Shown here: one piece after another, positions 15,715 to 23,834 of the stretch
Numbering within the stretch: position 1 is the stretch's first letter
Layout: every line of letters starts with the position of its first letter
Source: an uncultured Candidatus Marinamargulisbacteria bacterium
GTDB lineage: Bacteria; Margulisbacteria; Marinamargulisbacteria; CAYINU01
Reading direction: 5' to 3'
DNA: 52,247 nt
Assembly (NCBI GenBank): GCA_964364855.1
Contig: CAYINU010000001.1
Location: 23,110 to 75,356, forward strand
Notes under the pieces: generated by a model
Seen by the model: only the letters and a program-made list of their open reading frames with translations
Told to the model about the DNA's origin: nothing
The model's database searches: none
Made by a program: the position numbers and the translations under genes

Positions 15715-18138
15715 TTAGACGCTCCGTTTCAGGTATTGCTCTTGCGTGAAGCTATCGACTTGGATCGCATCCAGGCGAAGTCTTTCGGCTTCCCGGAACT
15801 GATGGGCTTGGGCGGCGGTAATAATCTGTTTCTCTACGGCCAGATCCACCAGCTGTAACAGCTCCCGTTTCGGCAACAGCCGCTTTTTGATGGCCTTACT
15901 CAGCGTGTGGGCAATAGGGGATGCCAATACGACGGCTTCAAAAGCCAAATCCAAACGCCTCAGGGCATCGGACGAATCCCCAGACAGATAAAGGCCTGCG
16001 GTGAGCCGATCCCGCATACCGCCCGGGGTTTGGATCACCTGCGCCAGGCGCTGTTGCAGCCGGTCTGTGGGCGCCGTTCCGATGGCATTTAAGCGCGCAT
16101 AAGGCCCTACTAGGTAGCGAAATAGACCACCCAAATTCTCAAACAAGCCCTCAAATGCGACTTGAATGCGGTAAAAAGCCGTCTGCAATCCCCATTGGGC
16201 AAACGGCAGATCGTCATGTCGTTTGCCTTCTGACTCAAATCGACAGAGCACCGCTGACGCAAAATACATCCACGACAAGATATCGCCCAGCCGCGCCGTG
16301 ATCATTTCTTTGCGTTTCAGATCTCCGCCAAACCGTACCATGGCGATTTCGGAAAAGCATGCGAAACTGGCCGACGCCCACATCAGACGGCGTTTGTACC
16401 GTGCGATCGGTGTTCCGATGTATCCGGTGAGGTACCCGCGAGTGAGGCTGAGTAACACACTTCGAACCGCAACTTGAAGGCCATGGCCGACATGTCCCCA
16501 AAACGCACGGTCAAACCCTTTGACATCTCCGGTTTGAATGGATTTGATTTCGGTATACGCATAAGGATGGCAGCGCAAGGCGCCTTGGCCGAAGATGATT
16601 AAAGACCGAGTTAAGATATTGGCCCCTTCCACTGTGATGCCAATCGGGACAGCTTTGTACCCATTGGCCAGTACATTTCGAGGCCCACGGCTGATACCCG
16701 CACCCCCCGAAATATCCATGCCGTGATTAAGGATATTTCGAAAACTTTCGGTGAAATGGTATTTTGCAATGGCTGTGACGACACTGGGTTTGGATCCTTT
16801 ATCAATAGCACCGCAAGTGTATCGGCGTGCCGCTTCCAATAGGTAAGCATACCCCGCAATCTCGGCCAGTTTGTCTTGAATGGCTTCAAATTTGCCGATC
16901 GAAAGGCCGAATTGGCTCCGAACGGTGCCGAAGGCCGAAGCAAAACGGGTCACCAATTGCGTGCCGCCGGTGCAATTGGCCGGCAACGAAATGCCTCGCC
17001 CCGCAGCCAGGCTTTCCATCAGCATGCGCCACCCTTCGCCGGCATAGGCGGGACCGCCGATAATGGTGTCGATGGAAACCACGACGTCTTTCCCCCATAG
17101 CGGACTGTTGTAAAATGGCACATCCAGCGGATCGTGGCGGTGGGAATGGTCGATACCCGGCGTGCGAGCGGGAATAAGCGCACATGTAATGCCAGGCTCA
17201 GGTCCTTTCCCCAAGAAGTTTTCGGGGTCAAACAGCTGAAAGGCCAGTCCGATGAGGGTGGCTTTGGAGCCGAGGGTGATCCATCGCTTTTCCCAGTTGA
17301 GTTTCAAATACAATTGGTTATCTGATCCGCGGAAAACGACGCCATGGGACCGGATACTACCTGCGTCAGACCCAGCCGTGGGTTCGGTTAAGGCAAAGCA
17401 GGGGATCTCTTCCCCTGTGGCCAATCGGGGCAGGTAATGGTTTTTTTGTGCGTCGGTGCCGTAGTGGATGATCAATTCGGCCGGACCCAAAGAATTGGGG
17501 ACCATCACGGTGATCCCCAGCGCGGAACTCCGGGCACTGAGTTTGGCCACCACCGCACTATTGGCCAAGGCCGATAGCCCCAGCCCGCCATAGGATTTCG
17601 GGATAATCATGCCAAACAACCGTTGTTCTTTGATATAGGCCCATGCCTTTTCCGGCAAATCGCGTTTTTGATTGACCTCCCAATCGTCCACCATGGCACA
17701 CAAGGTGGCGACCGGGCCATCCAAGAAGGTTTTTTCCTCAGGCGTCAATTCGGGATAATTGCCATGAAGGAGTTTGTCCATATGGGGCTTTCCGGAAAAT
17801 AGTTCGGCGTCCATCCACACCGTTCCCGCTTCCAAGGCAATACGCTCCGTTTGGGAGACCGTGGGGAAAATGCGCAAGGCCTGTAACAGTTTCATCAAGG
17901 GAGTACTAACGATCGATTGGCGCAGGGGACGGATAACAAAAATTAACAACACAAAGGTACTGACTATTCCGACCCATGGTGGCATTCCGATGAGCCAAAG
18001 CAATCCCAATATCCATGCCGCCCACAACACAAAGGGGGCGCCAAAGTAGGCCAGTGCCAAAGGAAGCGCAATAAGCAATAGCGACTGAATCAGAGGCCGA
18101 AACAAGTAAAATCCACCATAAATCAACATGCGATACAT
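15715..18138 (-). CDS. fadE: Large membrane-anchored acyl-CoA dehydrogenase (FadE-like)
   Basis: 807 aa, with N-terminal TM helices, an acyl-CoA dehydrogenase core and a C-terminal extension, similar in length and layout to E. coli FadE. Confidence 0.85.
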   Translation of the reverse strand: MYRMLIYGGFYLFRPLIQSLLLIALPLALAYFGAPFVLWAAWILGLLWLIGMPPWVGIVSTFVLLIFVIRPLRQSIVSTPLMKLLQALRIFPTVSQTERIALEAGTVWMDAELFSGKPHMDKLLHGNYPELTPEEKTFLDGPVATLCAMVDDWEVNQKRDLPEKAWAYIKEQRLFGMIIPKSYGGLGLSALANSAVVAKLSARSSALGITVMVPNSLGPAELIIHYGTDAQKNHYLPRLATGEEIPCFALTEPTAGSDAGSIRSHGVVFRGSDNQLYLKLNWEKRWITLGSKATLIGLAFQLFDPENFLGKGPEPGITCALIPARTPGIDHSHRHDPLDVPFYNSPLWGKDVVVSIDTIIGGPAYAGEGWRMLMESLAAGRGISLPANCTGGTQLVTRFASAFGTVRSQFGLSIGKFEAIQDKLAEIAGYAYLLEAARRYTCGAIDKGSKPSVVTAIAKYHFTESFRNILNHGMDISGGAGISRGPRNVLANGYKAVPIGITVEGANILTRSLIIFGQGALRCHPYAYTEIKSIQTGDVKGFDRAFWGHVGHGLQVAVRSVLLSLTRGYLTGYIGTPIARYKRRLMWASASFACFSEIAMVRFGGDLKRKEMITARLGDILSWMYFASAVLCRFESEGKRHDDLPFAQWGLQTAFYRIQVAFEGLFENLGGLFRYLVGPYARLNAIGTAPTDRLQQRLAQVIQTPGGMRDRLTAGLYLSGDSSDALRRLDLAFEAVVLASPIAHTLSKAIKKRLLPKRELLQLVDLAVEKQIITAAQAHQFREAERLRLDAIQVDSFTQEQYLKRSV

Positions 18139-18144
18139 CCTTTC

Positions 18145-20301
18145 CTACAGAGGTTCTTTAAAAAATGTGTGGTTATTTTCGGCCATTTCAACCAACAGAG
18201 AGGCGGGTTCGAAACGCCGCCCATAGCGTTCGGATAGCTTCTGCAGGCGCTCGGTAATAATGGTCATGCTGGTTTGGTCTGCGTACCGGCAAAGACCACC
18301 GCGAAACGGCGGGAATCCCGTGCCCATGATCATGGCCATGTCCAGTTCTGCCGGACCGGCGACAACGTGTTCGGCCAGACACCGTGCGGCCTCGTTGACC
18401 ATTATCAGCACCATGCGGTCCAAGCAATCATCCATTGAGGGGCGCGTTCCCGATTCGCGGCGATGGGCTTTTTGCCAGTCGGATACTGCTTTAAGCAATT
18501 CCGAGTTAGGGACTTTGGTGCCATGGCCATGGACGTAAAACCCCTTTCCGGATTTTTTCCCCAGCCAGTCCTTGTTTTCATGTAATTGCGTAAATATCGC
18601 AGGTACGGCCATGCGTTGTCCGTAGCCGGCCTCCAGGGATACGGCGACTTTGTAACCCACATCCAGCCCCACTTCATCAGCCAAAGCCAGCGGCCCGATG
18701 GGCATGCCAAATTGGGTCATCAGCCGATCCAGTGTCAACATATCCACACCTTCTTCGAGTAAATGGACTGCCTCGTTAACATAGGGAATCAAAATCCGGT
18801 TTACCAAAAAACCGGGCACATTTTTGACCCTGATCGGTGTTTTTTTCATCTGGCGGGCCAATTGCATGGTGGCTTCTACCACGCCGGGATCGGTTTTGTC
18901 CCCCGGTATCACCTCCACCAAGGGCATGCGGTGCACGGGGCTGAAAAAATGCATGCCCACAAACCGTTCCGGCCGGTTGAGCGCAGCGGCCATTTCCGTA
19001 ATCGACAATGAGGACGTGTTGGAGGCGATAATGGTGTCCGGCCTCACCACCTGTTCGAGCTCGGCAAGCGTGCCTTTTTTTACCGCCATGTTTTCCACAA
19101 TGGCTTCGATGACGATATCTGCCAAACCAAAGCCGCTGTAATCGAGTGTGCCAGAAATATGGTTAAACTTGAGCAGCGCCTCAGGCGGGGAGAGTTTTTT
19201 CCTCTCCACCCCTTTTTGGTACAAATTTTCAGCGGCAGCCAATCCGCGCCCCACATTTTCCCAATTGAGGTCTTTGAGCCGTACGTCTAGTTCGGCATTG
19301 CTCAGTGCCCAGGCAATCCCTCCGCCCATCAAACCGGCTCCCAACACAGCCGAGTGGGTTAACGGCCACGGTTTCGGCGATACGTGCGATGGCTTTTTGA
19401 GTTGTTCTTGCACAAAGAACAAATGGGTCAGATTTTGACATATTTTTGAAATGACCAGATCGGCAAAGGCTTTGGCCTCAACGGCCAGTCCTTTTTGCAG
19501 GGGAATGCCGTAGGTGGATTTCACGACGGCCAAGGCTTTTAGCGGTGCGGGGTAGTGGCCTTGGGTTTTTTGCCTGACTTGCTGGTGGGCGATGCGGGAG
19601 ACGATTTCCCGTCCGGCGGGGTTGGATTCTAAAAATCGCGTCGATATCGGACGTGCATGACGGGAGGCCAGTACTTTTTTGCGGCCGGTCTCTGAATGAA
19701 TATGTTGGATAAATTTGCGAGTCAGGTCCGCCAAAAATCCTTGAGGGTATAAGGCATCGGCCAGGTGCAAACGCAGGGCTTTTTTGGCGTTTATCGCTTG
19801 GCCGGTCAAGATCAATTCCAGCGCCGCTTGAAACCCGATCAGTTTGGGTAGGCGCTGCGTACCACCAAAACCTGGTAAGATGCCCAGATTGACCTCGGGT
19901 AGGCCCAGTTGCACCTTGGGGCCATCTGACACGATGCGATAAGTACATGCCAGAGCCAACTCCAACCCACCCCCCAAACATGGCCCATCAATAACCGCTA
20001 CGGTGGGATAGGGCAGCTCGGCCAATTGATTGAAAATAGTCTGGCCCATACTGGATTTGAATTGGCCTTCTTCGTGGGTGCGGATGGATTGAATCTCCGT
20101 GATGTCTGCGCCCGCAATAAATTGATTGGGTTTGCCACTGGAAATAACCAAGGCCTGCAGGGGTTTTTGAGACAGGATGTTTAGTAGATCGGATAACTCG
20201 GCCATCACCGATGAGGACAGCACATTGACCTTTTTGTCCGGCACGTCGATGTGCAACAGTCCGATCTCATCCGGTGTGGTTTCAAACGTCCATGTGGACA
20301 T
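18145..20301 (-). CDS. fadB: Fatty-acid oxidation complex alpha subunit (enoyl-CoA hydratase / 3-hydroxyacyl-CoA dehydrogenase)
   Basis: N-terminal crotonase fold (FIAGADI, GGGLELALAC) and a central NAD site (VLGAGLMGGGIA). Start at MSTWTFE overlaps the fadA stop by 1 nt (TAATG). Confidence 0.9.
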   Translation of the reverse strand: MSTWTFETTPDEIGLLHIDVPDKKVNVLSSSVMAELSDLLNILSQKPLQALVISSGKPNQFIAGADITEIQSIRTHEEGQFKSSMGQTIFNQLAELPYPTVAVIDGPCLGGGLELALACTYRIVSDGPKVQLGLPEVNLGILPGFGGTQRLPKLIGFQAALELILTGQAINAKKALRLHLADALYPQGFLADLTRKFIQHIHSETGRKKVLASRHARPISTRFLESNPAGREIVSRIAHQQVRQKTQGHYPAPLKALAVVKSTYGIPLQKGLAVEAKAFADLVISKICQNLTHLFFVQEQLKKPSHVSPKPWPLTHSAVLGAGLMGGGIAWALSNAELDVRLKDLNWENVGRGLAAAENLYQKGVERKKLSPPEALLKFNHISGTLDYSGFGLADIVIEAIVENMAVKKGTLAELEQVVRPDTIIASNTSSLSITEMAAALNRPERFVGMHFFSPVHRMPLVEVIPGDKTDPGVVEATMQLARQMKKTPIRVKNVPGFLVNRILIPYVNEAVHLLEEGVDMLTLDRLMTQFGMPIGPLALADEVGLDVGYKVAVSLEAGYGQRMAVPAIFTQLHENKDWLGKKSGKGFYVHGHGTKVPNSELLKAVSDWQKAHRRESGTRPSMDDCLDRMVLIMVNEAARCLAEHVVAGPAELDMAMIMGTGFPPFRGGLCRYADQTSMTIITERLQKLSERYGRRFEPASLLVEMAENNHTFFKEPL

Positions 20302-21590
20302 TACGTGGCCTCCACAACAAAGGCCGCACCTTGTCCGCCACCCACGCACAATGTTGCCAGTCCCACCTGCTTGCCCGCGCGATGCAATTCTTTGGCCAGC
20401 GTAATCAGCAGGCGCGATCCCGTGGTGCCCACCGGATGGCCCAGGGCAATGGCGCCACCGTTCACATTGAGGATGTCCATATTTAAAGTCCCAAGTGGAG
20501 TGGATTGATTGAGGTGGGTTTTGGCAAATTCGGCGGAGCCAAAGGCTTTCTCACATGCCAAGATCTGCGCAGCAAAAGCCTCGTTTATTTCAATGCGCTC
20601 AAAATCTGACAGTTTCATGCCCGTTTTTTGCAGGACCTTGGCAGTCGCGTATAGAGGTCCAAGTCCCATTCGGCTAGGATCCAAACCTGCATAGGCATAG
20701 GCCCGTAAAAAGGCCAGTGGCTTGTATCCCATCGCTTTGGCTTGAGATTCTTTCATGACCACCATTGCGGCAGCACCATCGGTGATGGGACAACTATTTC
20801 CTACCGTGACCGTGCCGTTTTTGCGGTCAAAATAGGGAGGTAATTTGGCTAGTGCTTCCATCGTCTGATTTTCTCGAGGACCTTCGTCTTCGCGCAGGAT
20901 CGCTTTAAAATCAGGGGGGATCGGAAAGGGCATCATTTCTTCTTGCAAGATACCGGCCTTGGTTGCCGCAATGGCCTTTTGGTGGCTCTTTAGAGCATAG
21001 TCGTCCTGCTGGATGCGGGTAATATGAAACTCTCGAGCCAAAATCTCAGCGGTCATACCCATAATCAATCCGCACACGGGATCGGTTAGCCCTTGGATGA
21101 CGCCCACGACGGGCTTTAAAAACCGCAACCGAAAACCGGCCAGCACCCGCAATTTGTCACTGGTCGTTTTGGCCCGCCACAGCCGTTCGTAAAAAGCAGT
21201 CATCTCCGGGCCAAAAATCAAGGGAATATTCGACATCGATTCGGTGCCTCCGATCAGCATGATCTGGGCTTCGCCCGCGTGAATTTTATTCATGGCCGTG
21301 GACACAGACTCCATCCCGGAAGCGCAGTTGCGGTGGACGGTGGCAGCTGGAACAGTTTGCGGCAAACCGGCCTTCAGCGTAATCACACGGGCGATATTGG
21401 CCGCATGGACCGGCTGGGCGACATTGCCTATGACGACTTCGTCAATTTGGTTGCCTTTGAGACCCGTGCGAATCAATACTTCACGTACGACGACCGCGCC
21501 CAGGTCATCGGCTTGAACGGTTTTTAATTTGCCGCCGGCCTTAGAAAAGGGCGTTCGTAAACCATCGATGATGGCAATGCGTTCGTTCAT
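20301..21590 (-). CDS. fadA: Acetyl-CoA C-acyltransferase (3-ketoacyl-CoA thiolase)
   Basis: Active-site contexts NCASGMES, NVNGGAIALGHPVGTTG and CVGGGQGAA. Confidence 0.9.
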   Translation of the reverse strand: MNERIAIIDGLRTPFSKAGGKLKTVQADDLGAVVVREVLIRTGLKGNQIDEVVIGNVAQPVHAANIARVITLKAGLPQTVPAATVHRNCASGMESVSTAMNKIHAGEAQIMLIGGTESMSNIPLIFGPEMTAFYERLWRAKTTSDKLRVLAGFRLRFLKPVVGVIQGLTDPVCGLIMGMTAEILAREFHITRIQQDDYALKSHQKAIAATKAGILQEEMMPFPIPPDFKAILREDEGPRENQTMEALAKLPPYFDRKNGTVTVGNSCPITDGAAAMVVMKESQAKAMGYKPLAFLRAYAYAGLDPSRMGLGPLYATAKVLQKTGMKLSDFERIEINEAFAAQILACEKAFGSAEFAKTHLNQSTPLGTLNMDILNVNGGAIALGHPVGTTGSRLLITLAKELHRAGKQVGLATLCVGGGQGAAFVVEAT

Positions 21591-23548
21591 GGGGCCTCCT
21601 TTTGATTTCTACGCTCGGCAATGGCCTCGCGGTCGCCGCCGTGCGGCTCCTTTTGATTTCTACGCTCGGGAAAGCCCTCGCGGTCGCCGCCGTGCGGCTC
21701 CTTTTGATTTTTACGCTCGGTGATGACCTCGCGGTCGGCGCTGTGCGGCTCCTCGGTGGTGTACATGGATTCGATTTCGGGTTCGTAGCGTTCGGAGATC
21801 TGTTTTCGCTTTAATTTTAGCGTGGGTGTCAATAATCCGTCTTCGATGGAAAACTCGGCAGGCAGTAGCACAAATTTCTTTATTTTTTCAAATTCGGCCA
21901 ATGGAGTTCCCTCTTTTTTTAAGAGGTCGGTAAACAGCCGGATCACCGCGGGATCACGGACCATCTTTTCGGGGGCAGACACGGTAATGCCTTTTCGCCT
22001 CAGGTATCGTTGCACCCAGTCCATCTGAGGTACAATCAGGGCTGTTATGTAATTGCGTTTTTCACCGATGACGTCGACTTGAGCAATGTAGGGACTGTTT
22101 TTGTAAGTTTCTTCGACGACCAAAGGAGCCACTTTTTTGCCGTTGGACAACACGATGATTTCTTTTTTGCGGTCGATAATGCGGATAAACCCTTCCGAAT
22201 CCATCTCGGCGATGTCGCCGGTGTGTAGCCACCCATCAGGATCGATGGCGATCTGGGTTTGACGGTCTCGATGGTAATAGCCCTGCATGATATTGGGTCC
22301 TCGGGCCAGCAGCTCCCCATCATCTGCCACTTTTACCGAGACGCTGGGCAGTGCTTTGCCGACTGTGCCGAATCGATAGGACTTCAAGCGGTTACAGGCA
22401 ATTACCGGTGCGGATTCTGTCATGCCGTATCCTTCGATGACCAACAATCCCATGGCATGGAAAAATTCGGCCAACTCTTTGGATAAGGCTGCACCGCCCG
22501 ACACAAAAAAGCGGATGCGGCCGCCCGTGCGACTTTGGACCTTTTTAAAGGCCAGTCGGTCCGCAATTCGAAACTGGAACCGCAACCAAAATGGCGGGGT
22601 TTTCTCGTTTTTTAAGGCGTTCTGATAAGCAACTCCTACCCGCTGGGCCCAGTCAAAAATGGGTTTTTGAAACGGGCTAAGGTTTTCCAGCAACCGCTGG
22701 CGGATTTTTTCAAAAAGACGGGGTACGCAGATCAAAATGGTAGGCCGGACCTCCTGGAGATTTTCCACCAGTTTTTCTTGGGATTCGGCGTAATAAATAC
22801 TGGCCCCGCAGCCAATGGCTGTGTAATAGCCGACCGTGCGCTCAAAGACATGAGATAACGGCAAAAACGAGACGAGGGAGTCTGCATCGGAAAGCGGGGT
22901 AATGGCCAACAAATCCCGGACGTTGCTCATAAAATTGCCGTGGGTGAGCATGACGCCTTTCGGGCTGCCGGTGGTACCGGACGTGTATACGATGCTGGCG
23001 AGGGTGTCCGGCGTGACGGCGGACAGCGCCTGGCGCACGGCGTCTCGGACATGGGGGCTTTCATGCTTGCCCTCGGTGCGCAATTGTCGAAATCGGTAAA
23101 TAGGCAGCGGACAGTCGGGAACGTCCGGACTTTCGTGGAATAAAATAATGCCTTTTAAAGTCGGACATTCACCGGCCAGGGCGTTAACGGTTTGCAGCTG
23201 CTCGGTCGTTTCGACGGCGAGCATTGTGCTTTCGCTGTCGTTAATAATGTAGGCAATTTCAGCTTCGGACATGGTGGGGTAAATGGGTACATCCGCTGCT
23301 CCCAAACTCAGGACCGCAAAGTCCATCATGGCCCATTCGGGACAGTTGTGGGACCAGATCGCGATATGGTGATTCCCGCGCATTCCGATACGGTACAGGG
23401 ATGCGGCGACATGGAGGACGTCTTCCCAAAAATGGGGGTAGCTAACGGGATGGTAAATCCCATTTTTTTTGGACGCCACAACACATTTGTGTGCGTAGCG
23501 TTGCGCCTGCGCCTCAAAAAGGGCGGTTAATGTTGTGGGGGCCTGCAT
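21587..23548 (-). CDS. fadD: Long-chain fatty-acid-CoA ligase (AMP-binding) with a repeat-encoded C-terminal tail
   Basis: YTSGTTGSPKGVMLTH AMP-binding motif and GYGMTE. The last 50 aa or so (EPHSADREVITERKNQK EPHGGDREGFPERRNQK EPHGGDREAIAERRNQK EAP) are encoded by the 51-bp repeats. The stop overlaps the fadA ATG (ATGA). Confidence 0.85.
   Translation of the reverse strand: MQAPTTLTALFEAQAQRYAHKCVVASKKNGIYHPVSYPHFWEDVLHVAASLYRIGMRGNHHIAIWSHNCPEWAMMDFAVLSLGAADVPIYPTMSEAEIAYIINDSESTMLAVETTEQLQTVNALAGECPTLKGIILFHESPDVPDCPLPIYRFRQLRTEGKHESPHVRDAVRQALSAVTPDTLASIVYTSGTTGSPKGVMLTHGNFMSNVRDLLAITPLSDADSLVSFLPLSHVFERTVGYYTAIGCGASIYYAESQEKLVENLQEVRPTILICVPRLFEKIRQRLLENLSPFQKPIFDWAQRVGVAYQNALKNEKTPPFWLRFQFRIADRLAFKKVQSRTGGRIRFFVSGGAALSKELAEFFHAMGLLVIEGYGMTESAPVIACNRLKSYRFGTVGKALPSVSVKVADDGELLARGPNIMQGYYHRDRQTQIAIDPDGWLHTGDIAEMDSEGFIRIIDRKKEIIVLSNGKKVAPLVVEETYKNSPYIAQVDVIGEKRNYITALIVPQMDWVQRYLRRKGITVSAPEKMVRDPAVIRLFTDLLKKEGTPLAEFEKIKKFVLLPAEFSIEDGLLTPTLKLKRKQISERYEPEIESMYTTEEPHSADREVITERKNQKEPHGGDREGFPERRNQKEPHGGDREAIAERRNQKEAP
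21600..21752. repeat. 51-bp tandem direct repeat, 3 copies, same family as 8762-8863
   Basis: Units lie at 21600-21650, 21651-21701 and 21702-21752 (TTTTGATTTCTACGCTCGG..N..CCTCGCGGTCGCCGCCGTGCGGCTCC); the third copy is more diverged. The plus-strand orientation is the same as at the ccoI locus, but here the coding strand is minus. Confidence 0.9.
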
Positions 23549-23555
23549 AGGACCA

Positions 23556-23834
23556 TCATACTTCTTTTTTGTCTGTTGTGGTGCCCGTGGCTTTTTCCGG
23601 TGTGCTGGGACTTTCAGGGGCCTCAGGGGCCTTGGCGGTGCTGGCGCTACTACCGGCGTTACTGTCGGTCACGTAAAATCCGGAACCCTTGAAATTGATC
23701 AGTACATTGCGGCTGATCAACCGTTTCACGGGCCCCTTGCAGGCCGGGCATTCGGTGAGCACGGGCTCGGTCATACCCTGCTGGGCTTCAAAATGATGGT
23801 GACAACGGTCACAGCGATATTCATAAATAGGCAT
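23556..23834 (-). CDS. FmdB-family zinc-ribbon protein
   Basis: MPIYEYRCDRCHHHFE...CPACKG is the CxxC...CxxC zinc ribbon typical of the FmdB family, followed by a low-complexity Ser/Ala/Thr/Pro tail. The start overlaps the upstream stop by 1 nt. Confidence 0.75.
   Translation of the reverse strand: MPIYEYRCDRCHHHFEAQQGMTEPVLTECPACKGPVKRLISRNVLINFKGSGFYVTDSNAGSSASTAKAPEAPESPSTPEKATGTTTDKKEV

Noticed and set aside
15113-15718. 201-aa plus-strand ORF in an alternate frame over the DsbD_2/TauE-like gene
   Set aside because: It is Arg/Gly-rich with non-membrane, non-globular composition. The overlapping frame at 15051-15713 gives a coherent six-TM protein coupled to ccoG.
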